Source: Eutreptiella sp. 'Long Island Sound 2002' | Lineage: Eukaryota; Protista; Euglenida | Length of the DNA: 64,000 bases | Direction: 5' to 3' | Assembly: GCA_964036045.1 (NCBI GenBank) | Contig: OZ038378.1 | Location: forward strand, 179,118,001-179,182,000 | Part shown: piece by piece, positions 48,770-59,150 of the stretch | Position numbering within the stretch: the first letter of the stretch is position 1 | How the letters are laid out: each line of letters starts with the position of its first letter | Position numbers and translations under genes: made by a program | Notes under the pieces: model-generated | Seen by the model: only the letters and a program-made list of their open reading frames with translations | Told to the model about the DNA's origin: nothing | The model's database searches: none

Positions 48770-49620
48770 TATAAAACGCACATCAACTCACATGTACTTG
48801 TAGTGTTGTTACCAAGCACAAGTGGTAAATGGTTAGGGCCCCAGACCTTTCTCATTCCACTGTGACAGAATGCACATACACTATGCATGAGTGTCCACTC
48901 ATGTCAATATTTCCATGATAATTCTTTGCGCCCCTACTAGTGTGTATGGCTGTGGAGGAAACAAGAGGCGCCATCCGGGCTCCACTACCTTGCATACATG
49001 TGCCTAAATATTTTGGCCAGTGGTGCCCTTGTCAACATGGCATTCAACAGGTGGAGTCATTGTACCATCCTTGTCCTAATGGGTGCTCTTGGGAACAATG
49101 CCCATGCTTTCTTTTGTAATTGCCATCGCCATTTGTTATAAACCTCACATGTACTTGTAGTGTTGTTGCCAAGCATAATACGTTCATTCTTTTTCTAGTT
49201 CTCTCCTCAAATCAACCTGGATCATGCGCCCTAGTTTTCTTTTCGGTATATGGTGCATCCTCCAACTCTATCATTGGGGCCCTAGGACGCCCTTACTCCA
49301 ACCCCTGCGGTGACAACAGTCCCACTGCCCATCCATGGGAGGCTAGTTGCCCCTGTATATACCAGCAAACCTCCCTACACACCCTCGGGTATGTATGGTG
49401 AATGGCTAGGGCCCTAGACCTTTCTCATTCCACTATGACAGAAAATGGAGCAAACGAGAGGCCCGAACTGGGCTCCACTGCCTTGCATATTTGTGCCTGC
49501 ATGTTTCTGGCCTCTGGTGCCCCTATGGGCATGGCATTCAATAGGTGGAAGGTGGAGTAATTGTACCATCCTTGTCTTAGTGGGTGCTCTCGGTAACAAT
49601 GCCCACACTTTCTTTCGTAT
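48770..49620. repeat. Locally duplicated blocks
   Basis: ctcacatgtacttgtagtgttgtt at ~48786 and ~49144; agacctttctcattccact at ~48843 and ~49416; gggctccact..ttgcata at ~48978 and ~49471. Confidence 0.7.
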
Positions 49621-50356
49621 TTGTTACATGATCTTGTCCACCTTGTTGGGTTTTTTTGCTCGTCACCCCCTAGCACTCTTTTGCGCTCAATATTGTACTT
49701 GATCCCATAGGTTCTTCTCCGTGGGTTGTGGTTGATCTTTCGTGCCCTTGGAGCCTTGGCGATATGATCTCACGTTCGAGAATTTCGGTGGTGTGAGCAT
49801 GCATTGTCTAAGCAAAACAATGCCATTGGCTTGGGTTTCCCCCAGAGGCTGCTTTTGAAGGTTTGTGCCCAGGTTGGTCACTTTGTCCACCCCATTGTCT
49901 CCCTCAATATCTACATACTCGGCATACGTGGAGGCCTGGTTTGATTCCCAATGCTCCACCAGCGGGTGCACATGGCTTTGTTGTGGCTTGTGGCTGCCTA
50001 GATCTGTGCAGTCTTGGTCAGGTACCACCTGCTACAAAGGCCACAGGAGTGCTTCCGTGGCCGATTTTTGTCAAAAATGATCTCATCCCCTGGTGACCCT
50101 AGCTCGTAGGCAACAACCCTATACACCTGTTGTTCCCCAAGTACCCCAAACGTGGCTGTGAATGGCCCATGTGTGATACCCCCTCGAGCCTGACTGTAAC
50201 ATTTTGGCCCCTCTGTGTACCATGTGTACCAGTTTTTGGTGAAGGGGTGCCATTTATAGTGGATCACTACACCCAGGATACACTAGGGAGGGACAACGGG
50301 ACTGAGGTGGCATCGTCGGTGCTGCATGGAATGGCCCTTGTCTCTGTGAGAGCTCT

Positions 50357-50358
<2 letters not shown>

Positions 50359-50399
<41 letters not shown>
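50359..50399. repeat. (GA)n microsatellite
   Basis: Direct reading. Confidence 0.95.
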
Positions 50400-50400
<1 letters not shown>

Positions 50401-50671
50401 ATATTTAGGAGCATAACCCCTGGACTTGAAGGGCATTGATTCCCGCTGCTGCTTCCCCAAGGGTTGCGTGGCGGGGTGCCTTCAGCGCTGACAGAACAAG
50501 AGGCTCCACGGCTGACCTCGGTTCTGTTTGCTCAGAGGTTTCCCCGTGTGCTCACCTGGCTGCTGCCGATTAGACCGCATGCTGTACACCATGGTGTCGT
50601 GTTGCAAGGGCAAGCCTTCCTGCATCTGGAAGGGCGGGCCAGGGTTCCATTCACCCATGCCAGCCCGAGCA

Positions 50672-50769
50672 CAGCCTGGCAGTCCTGGACTGGTTCGTGA
50701 GAGTGCAGCCTCATCCCCATCAGCCTGGCAGTCCTGGACTGGTTCGTGAGAGTGCAGCCTCATCTCCAT
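50672..50769. repeat. 49-bp tandem duplication
   Basis: agcctggcagtcctggactggttcgtgagagtgcagcctcatcYccatc occurs twice. Confidence 0.85.
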
Positions 50770-52920
50770 CAGGGGCGGGGGAGTTGGGGTTGGTGCGCCG
50801 CCGTGTCCGAGCTCTTAGTGTCATACAAATGTTGATGCTTGGTCTCTGAATCCTGGAGGTTAAGCACCCACCCAAGCACACTCCTACCCAAGACCAGGCT
50901 GATGCGAACATTTTTTGTGATGCTGAAAAAGGCTTGTCCATTGTTGGCGCGACAGCTTGTCATAGGGTAATGGTGTGGATGACAAAAGACCACCATAGCA
51001 ACCTCCTCAGCCCCCCTATACTTTTCCCACCATGACCCAAAATGGAGAGGCATCAAGGTGGCTACACAATCAAGTCCCCAAAGTAGGGAGGACTCACATG
51101 GGTGCATAACCCCTGCCACTTTGCAGTCACCAGGATGGGGTGGTCTTGGATAGCGTGTTTGACGGCTTTGGTCAGGGAAGGGGACGTTTGTGCCTAAACG
51201 GTGCCGGGCACATCCGTGCAGTGATGCTGCCCCAAAGAGGGTGTGTGACATACTTTTATTTATTTACATTCTGCATGTCTTTGAAATTGTGAGTGTTCCA
51301 CATTCCGCAACACAATTGTTTCAGAATTTTCATTTTAATATTTGAAAACAGCTAGGGCCCCTTAGTGCAACCCCCTCCCACACACACACACACACATACA
51401 CACATAATGGCCAAAGAGAGCCTAAGACATGCTTTACTTAGATAAATATGGCCCAAAAGAGGCTGAGGGAATGGGGGTGGAAAAGATCCAACTCTTCATC
51501 CCACCGATTGTGTGTATGAAGCCATTGAATAGCCTGGTGGCATTCGGCAGGATATGCAACCTAGGATACACTATATGCACGCATGCTACTGCCCCTTGAT
51601 ATGTGAAGTCACTGGAGTACTGACAATCTAAAAAAACCGGGTATGCCGCTCCCACCATGGCTGGGACTCTCTCTCTCCATGCCATCAGCATCCCACCACC
51701 AGTTTCCACCTAACGTTCCACCGTGGAGCACACAACCTTCCGCCAAAGAAACCACAATGGCAAAAAAACCGCAAATTAACAACCTAATGCAAACACCATG
51801 GCTTCAGTCATGCAAGGCTCACACAAAACAACCCCAGACTGCCACCAAATGTGGAAGCAGGGGCACAGAGATAAACCTGTCCGCCTTTTCAATCTACACT
51901 GCCACCGAATCCCATTTGTCAGTACCGTGAATGATGGTGAGCATGTGACAATTGCATTCTACGGTTGGACAATCCTGAATTGGGGGTGAACCATACACAG
52001 TGGCCAATGCAAACGCTGGAGCCAATATACTCTGTGGTGCACAAAGCACGTAATCCCTCCCATATATAACTGCGTTCTGGACGACCTATGGCGCCTGGGT
52101 GCATTTAGCACCATGGGACATCACTCCTGCCCGCTCAGCCTGCCCCCCCTTCTCATGTCTTTTTCAATTTGACAATTTTCAGTGGGATAGTGTCAGACAA
52201 TTGCATTGCATCGTGGTGGCACCGGTGCAGCCAGATCCCCCTTTGAAAGGCAGAATGGGCTGGGGTGCAGGTATACTACACCTTGGTGCTTTCTGCCGTC
52301 TGAGGCGCATTCTAGCCCCTGCCCCCTCCCCTTGTTCAATTCATGACAGCCTTGACATGCACCTGCTTCTCCAAAGGTTGCCCTTCATCTGTCAGCAGCG
52401 CAGTCAAGAAAGAGGTCCCTTCTACAATCAATCTGATGATTCTCTGATCTAAAGCACACAGCAGCGCTTAGTGAAAAAAAAAGACCAGGAGCTCCCTTTG
52501 GGGAAGATGCAAAAAAGGTCCTGCTGTGCTACTGTGAAGGTGGCTTGCAGGGAAATGGCCTCATAGTGAAGCTTCAAGGTGACCATTGGGCAAAAACACT
52601 ATTGGGCACAAAACGCCAACAACTGAACATATTACCAGTGGACCAGGTACTGGTCCTGGTTGTCGGGCAACCAGTGCTGATTGCCTATCATGATTGGTGG
52701 CTGACCGTCATCCCTGTCGGTGCTTTGGCAACAGGCCACTTGATACCTTATAGTCTCTTGAGGGTCAAAAATATGAAAAACTTTGCTGAGTAGAGATTTC
52801 TCAACTCGGGCGTGCTTCACAGGCGCAAAAATCGTCCAGAGCAATAGATAAAATTCAGAAGCTAATGGATAACTGCAGTGCCATGCAGCAGGTGCAACCC
52901 ATAAGCACATTTGACAGGAC

Positions 52921-55900
52921 ATGATAAGCTGGGATTAAGTGGCAGCCCTGGCCTCTGCGATCGCGTCTTGCGTCACATTGGCAACGTTGTTCCCTGACAG
53001 CTTGGGAAGGTATTTGTACGTGCCTCGGGCAGCCGCGGCAATCTCCTTGGTCACTCCCGTGCTCACAAATTTCTCCTCAGAGTCCAACACCAGCAGGTTG
53101 AAGCCCTTAATCGCCCCCAACTGTTTGGCCGCATCCAACACCTCCTCCTTGATGTCCGCCATGGATGGCTTCTCCTCAGGGTCTTCCTCACCAATCGGGT
53201 TGGCTGCCGATAAAGGCACATTGGCCCGGCCGTCAGTGCAAAGAACAACAATCACCTGCCCCACATCTCCTGCGCTCATCGCATTCAGGCCGGTTCGCAC
53301 AGCAGTGTTGATGGCAGAGGCCAGAGGAGACCCACCACCACATGGCATGGACTCCAATCGATCTCTGGCCATCGCAATGGATTTGGTGGGCGGTAGCAAC
53401 ACCTCGGCCTTGTCACCCTGGAAAGGGATCACGCAGACTTTGTCACGGCTCTGGTAAGCAGTCTCAAGCAGACTGATGGCTGCACCCTTGGCGGCGTCCA
53501 TTCGATTCAGCGCCATGGACCCGGACGCATCCACACAGAAAATAATCAGGCACCCTGCAGGACGTGCCATGCGCTTCGTCCGGACATCTTCCTTCTCGAT
53601 GAACACCTTGCGGTTCTTCGGGTTTCCAATGCTCTCCGCCCTCTCACGGCGTCCTCTTTGAAATGGCGCAGCAGCGCGCATTGTAGCATCAACTGCCAGC
53701 CGCTTAACCTTCCCCTTGGGCAGCATCGGTTTGATGTATCGCCCACGTTCTTGACTGAAGATCAGACCACGACCACCGCTTTTCCCAGTCTTCGCTTTGT
53801 CGGCAAAATTCAGCAGCTCGGGGTCCATAGGTACGCCCGTATCTGCATCGAAGAAAAATTCCTGAGGAATGTCTGGGATGCTGTCATCCTCCTGTTCCTC
53901 TTCCTCCTCCTGCTCCTGCTCCTCTTCGTCCTTTTCATCTTCATTCTCCTCATCATCCTCATCAGCATTCCCTTCCGGCTCCTGGTTCTCTTCTTCTGGT
54001 GGTGGTGGAGGGGGAGGCGGTGGTGGCTCGTCCATCTGCATGTACGAACTGCGGGGAGTAATCACCAGCTTCACAGCGAGCGCCAAATCGTCGGCATTCA
54101 CCGGCCTCTCCTCAAGCGCCGCTGATGCCTTCGCCACTTCTGCAGCAAAGATCTCTGCACGCTGTCCTTGACAGCCCGCCCTTGTGGCCTCTTCACACAG
54201 GTACTTGATCTGTGCGGTGCTACATTTGACCTCTGACTTGAAGTACTCCCTAGAAAACAGAATACGAGTCGTGAGTGCTTGCTCTTGCCGATCAATCTCC
54301 ATCAACTCTTCATCACTGAAATTGCTCCAGTCCAATACACCCTGCATGGCTTCCACTCTCTGCTCCAGATTCAATGGCTGGGCGTCCACATTCAGACACA
54401 CAGCCATGCGGTCCAATACATGGTCCCGTACTCCAGTTTCCTCGGGATTGAACGTGGCTACCAACAGAGGCTTGCATGGGAACCGTACAGATACTCCTTC
54501 ACGCTCTACATTCACCCACCCCTCTGCCAAGGATGTAAACAGAATATTGCAAAGCTCGTCGTCCAACAGGTTGATGTCGTCGACGTACAGAATCCCACGG
54601 TGCGCCTTGGCAAGCAGCCCAGGCTGGAATACAGTCTTGCCCTGTCTCACAGACTCCTCCACATCAACCGACCCCAACAAACGGTCTTCCATGATATTCA
54701 GAGGTACCTGAACGAAAGGGCAGTCGATGACCTCTGTCTCCAAGTCAGACAGTTCCTGCCCAGTCTCTTCCAACATCCGTGCGGTGAAATCATCAACTTG
54801 ATAGGGACGTGTCGGATCAATGTTGAATGGACTGCCCTTGATTCTCTCGATAGGAGGCATGATCTTGTACAGACCCTTCGCCATCACAGACTTCGCGGTA
54901 CCGCGCCCACCGCTGATGCACACTCCTCCCATGTTGGGATTAATTGTGGCAAGTAATAGCGCAGTCTTGATCTCTTCACAACCCAGCACCATGCTGAGTG
55001 GGAATGGCCTGGCTCGGTACTCCAGGGGGTCTCTTTGGCTCCTCTCCTCTTCCCTCTGCTGCGCTTTGGCAACACTTTCGGCACGCGCCCTGATCTCATC
55101 ACTCACTTCTCCACTGGTGGTACATAGAGCAATGTCCATGGGTTTCAAATCTCCGGCCAGCAGAGGCTTCTTCACACCACTTGCTGCCTTCAGCTTGGCC
55201 CAGAACGCCATCAGGACGGACGAGACCAGCAGCCCTGCTGCTAACCATTCGTTGGATGTCACCCCACCGTTGTTCGTCTGTTCAGTAGCGTCCGTGCGGG
55301 CGTTTCGAGCAGCAGCAAACCGTTGGCCATCCCGTGCTGGTGCTGCGTAGACTGGATGGACTCCAGATGATTCTCTTCGGACGACACCAAATGATGAGTC
55401 TGTCCTCAGATGGTTGGTAGCATCAGCAACGACTGCAGGTTGGGGCTGGGCTCCAGTGGCTGTGAACAGCATGCCTTGCTTGGAACGCGCATCGGTAGAC
55501 AGCGCTGCCACCAGACAAAAAACACCCGCAGACACCAACGCAAGTGCGGTGCGGGGACCCACAGCTGGAGGGGGCCCAGTGTGGCTATCTTGGGCGGTGC
55601 AATACACCGCATTTGCACCAATCGTCATTTTGGGGGGGATCCACCCAAACCCAAAAAAAGACTAAGGGAAAGGCGGTGGTGGTTGGAGGGGGAACACAGG
55701 TTACCGGTCACAGTGTATCTCATCTTCAGTTTCACGCTCCTGAAGTGATTCATGTCTATACTCTGGCATACTGGGAGATGCAGCGGCGATGATTGCATTT
55801 GTGCAAGCATGTCATAGATCATGCTTGTAAGGGCAAAGTGAAAAAGAGAGTGAAACAACTTCAGCGTGTTTGCGGCGGAGCTACTGTGCTTTGCTTTTTG

Positions 55901-56193
55901 TTCTTAGAATACAGATTTCGATCTCCTGGACGTTGGTGAGTTTGTTGTACACTGTCCATCTCCATTACGTCACCGCTCAGAATCACAACTGCCTTTTCTT
56001 TGTCCTCTTCTCGGTCCCCATCGCCCAAAAGAGCACGGACCACGCGTTCCCCGCACTCCTCATCAAGGAACACCTCATCGCCGCTTCAAAGAGTGAAGCC
56101 ACAAGCTCCGAAACACTCAAAGCAAGCGGACACCGCTGACAAGGGTGGTGCACCTCTTTGCACACTTGTGGCAATTGAGGATTGTCCGCAATG
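52921..56193. repeat. Segmental duplication unit B (chlD plus ~560 bp upstream); paralogous to 33637-36908
   Basis: Similarity begins 14 nt past the stop (atgataagctg) and ends at gtccgcaatg. Confidence 0.9.
52935..55628 (-). CDS. chlD: Magnesium chelatase subunit D, copy 3, intronless
   Basis: Same 897-aa translation. Two synonymous differences seen: 54090 (GAC vs GAT) and 55334 (CGG vs AGG). Confidence 0.96.
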   Translation of the reverse strand: MTIGANAVYCTAQDSHTGPPPAVGPRTALALVSAGVFCLVAALSTDARSKQGMLFTATGAQPQPAVVADATNHLRTDSSFGVVRRESSGVHPVYAAPARDGQRFAAARNARTDATEQTNNGGVTSNEWLAAGLLVSSVLMAFWAKLKAASGVKKPLLAGDLKPMDIALCTTSGEVSDEIRARAESVAKAQQREEERSQRDPLEYRARPFPLSMVLGCEEIKTALLLATINPNMGGVCISGGRGTAKSVMAKGLYKIMPPIERIKGSPFNIDPTRPYQVDDFTARMLEETGQELSDLETEVIDCPFVQVPLNIMEDRLLGSVDVEESVRQGKTVFQPGLLAKAHRGILYVDDINLLDDELCNILFTSLAEGWVNVEREGVSVRFPCKPLLVATFNPEETGVRDHVLDRMAVCLNVDAQPLNLEQRVEAMQGVLDWSNFSDEELMEIDRQEQALTTRILFSREYFKSEVKCSTAQIKYLCEEATRAGCQGQRAEIFAAEVAKASAALEERPVNADDLALAVKLVITPRSSYMQMDEPPPPPPPPPPEEENQEPEGNADEDDEENEDEKDEEEQEQEEEEEQEDDSIPDIPQEFFFDADTGVPMDPELLNFADKAKTGKSGGRGLIFSQERGRYIKPMLPKGKVKRLAVDATMRAAAPFQRGRRERAESIGNPKNRKVFIEKEDVRTKRMARPAGCLIIFCVDASGSMALNRMDAAKGAAISLLETAYQSRDKVCVIPFQGDKAEVLLPPTKSIAMARDRLESMPCGGGSPLASAINTAVRTGLNAMSAGDVGQVIVVLCTDGRANVPLSAANPIGEEDPEEKPSMADIKEEVLDAAKQLGAIKGFNLLVLDSEEKFVSTGVTKEIAAAARGTYKYLPKLSGNNVANVTQDAIAEARAAT

Positions 56194-58019
56194 TGTGGAC
56201 ACGCCCCCCCCCCATGTCCAGCCCCCCCCCCCCGTCCATCCCTCAGGGGGGGGGGGGTCACTCGCTAGTTCATGAAAAAAAGCGTGTCAACGTCAACAGT
56301 GATGGGGAAGAGGGCTTGTCCCACCACTGATGAGGACAGTGAAATGGACAGTGGCAGTGGAGTGGGTTGGGCAAAGTCTGCTCGGGGAACCTGGGAATTA
56401 GGCCACACCTTTGGGGACAAGGTGTAATTCACCCGGGACATCCCAGAGCAACAGTGGATCCCCAAAAAACTGGTGGCCCCAACAGTTCCTGAACCTGCAC
56501 CCAAACCCGCACCCAAACCTCGAAAGCAGCCTGCAGCAAAGCCTGCTGCAGCTAGTTTGTCCATCCCTGTCGCTGATGGGGAACATGTGCAGTTGTTCAA
56601 GACAATGTGCGACCGCAGGAGGAAGTTCTAAAATGTCCATATTCAAAAGAACGAGCAGGCAGAAAACTGATGAATGGATGCAGTGCATTGAGACTTTTGC
56701 TTATTCGCATGATGTGCATGGCACCATCAGCATCTATGCATGTCACCGTCAATCCCAGACACTTGAGCGACCTACAGCAAGCAACTGACTGGCCATGAAT
56801 TCTACATAAAATGTGCTGGTAAGTGGTTGGTCAGGAGTGGTGTCCATCCCCCCAGGGACTTGCTTGAGCGGGGGGGGGGAGGGGGGGAGGGGGTCAGGGG
56901 GGAGCCCCCCCCCCCCCCCCTCGGAACGTACCTAGTCCACAGGGAACAGAAAATTTATTGGGCAACGAACCACTCAGCATTGGAAATGTCATCTTGTTGG
57001 TAGCAAACAAAGCCAATTCATCATTGCAGGTCAATTCAGGGTTCCCTCATCTAATCAAGACACAACAAATACAACAAAGCGGGACATTCACCATCTCATG
57101 CCAACTCACAGTGATCATGGTCAATCAGAATGAGACTCCCCTGAACTGGAGCCTCCATCTGTAGTGGAAGTGGAGCTGGAACCTGATGATGATGAGGAAT
57201 CTGAGTCACTGCCTGAATGGGAGACATCAGACAAGTGTTGCCATTGGCACACTCAAAAACAGTGTGGCACATGCCTTTTGTGCCTCATTGTATGCTTCTT
57301 GTCTCTTCCGGCCAGTGATCCTATCTTTAAACCTAAAATAAAGCAGCGCGTCGATTACGTCTTTGCGTTTTGCGCGTGGCGACGGTTGGACTGGGGAGCA
57401 GAAATACACTGACAACGAGCGTTGGGTCATGGTAATCTGCAAGACAAGGAACGCAGAGTACACATAAAACGATAAGTAGACAGTGTGTGGCGTGCGCCGA
57501 AGGCGCCGAGAAATTTTTTCCCCGTCACCAAAAAAAGTTCCCAAAACCCAGGTTTTCAGCTGCACTTGAGCTGAGGGGGGAGGGGGGGAGGGGGTCCAGG
57601 GGAGGGCCATGAGGCAACGGAAACTGGGCTCGCATACGCCCCCGTGTCACAGGCGCATGGTCATAACCACCTTGTTCAGTGTTTTGCTTGCTGCACTGCA
57701 GCGTAGACCAGTTCTGTACCACACCAGGTGGTTGCTGGCTGTGCATTGGCACTGGGGGTCCAGGGGAGGGGGGGAGGGGGTCTAGGGGGGAGCCCCCCCC
57801 CCCCCGTCGGAATGAAAATTAAAGCAAGTCCCTGCCATCCCCCCCCCCCCCCTGGGGAGAACCATCACTTGGCGACAGTTCCCCCCGGGGAGGGGGGGAA
57901 CTGTAGTCCCTGGGGGCTGGACATGGGGGGGGGGGGAGGGTACTCAATTTTGCCTGCAGACTAGGTATCAACCCTATGGACCTTGGGCTCATGTGCCTGA
58001 GTCTGTGTGGGCCACACGA

Positions 58020-58262
58020 GGAGGCTACCGTTGAGGAGGAAGAAAATGATGACCGTGTTTGTTGCCAATTGTGTGGCCACCGTCTTGGTGATATATTTGT
58101 GTGTGGCACTTGCCACTTGAACATGTGTGCATCGTGCATCCCAATCTCCTCCCTCCTTCTTGCCATCCAGAATGCTATTGCAAGACACATTGCAAATCTC
58201 ACGGCAATCCAGGAAATCATCTGTGTTTACGCCAATGGTATAGTCATCATGTTTGTCAATCA
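58020..58262 (+). repeat. Cys-rich (CxxC x3) coding-like repeat; inverted paralogue at ~37160-37370
   Basis: ccaggaaatcatctgtgtttacgccaatggtat is present in opposite orientations at the two loci. Confidence 0.6.
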
Positions 58263-58967
58263 ATGTGTACTCGGGGGTGTTCTACTACGGGAGAGGGCTC
58301 CCATCCCTGAGATGGCATGGAGATTGTTGCAAGCAATGTCCTAATTGCCGGGGAAGGGCGGTGGGGGGGCACCAATATGGGCCATGATTCAACCAGCCAC
58401 AAGGGCCGGTGAGAAAGGAGCATGCTAGCGCACCAAGCCTGCCCAAACACACTACTTTGCCTAGTAGCTGTTGGACTGCCTTGTGGTGTTAGGGGCTCAG
58501 GGCCAAGAGGAGCCACTTGGATACTAGTGCAAACACATAGGGGACACAAGGGGCAATGCGGGGCCCTACCCAATTCCAACCCATCCAACCCATAGACTGA
58601 ACAAGCTCTGATTGATCTTGGGGAAGTTTTTGCACTGCGTGCATACTGCGCACGCGGAGGCTGGGATACTCACCCAAGTAATACGGTTGGTGGTGACCGT
58701 ATTATTTCCTCGGAATCCATTTCAGAAAAATGAACAATCCAAAAATATTTGACCATTTATGGAAGCACTTTTCCTTTGTAGGAAACCAAGGGCACAGGAT
58801 CAATGTGTTACCACCAAAGTGTAGCTAGGGTGCGAGTATTTGCCGACATCCAAAACTTTGCACTGCGTGCGCGGCATTCCCCTTCAAGCAATAAATAATA
58901 TTCATGTGTCAAAGCTGCAGCCGCAGTGTACTTCTGGACATGCATTGCTTTGATGGGCCCCCCTTTC

Positions 58968-59150
58968 CAAATTTACCCAAATTTACCCAAATTCACCCCT
59001 CTGTTTACCCAAGTTACCCCAGTGTACCCCTCAATTTACCCAAATTTACGCAAATTTACCAATTTTACCCCCCTGTTTACCCAATCTAACTACCCAAGTT
59101 TTCCTAAGTCTATCCCTTTGTTTATCCAAGTTTACCCAAGTCTACCCGTT
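58968..59150. repeat. AT-rich degenerate minisatellite, unit ~AATTTACCCA
   Basis: Repeated tttaccc(a)a variants. Confidence 0.75.

Noticed and set aside
58968-59150. Telomere-like or CRISPR-like repeat
   Set aside because: The unit TTTACCC is not TTAGGG or TTTAGGG on either strand, and there are no unique spacers; it is a simple minisatellite.
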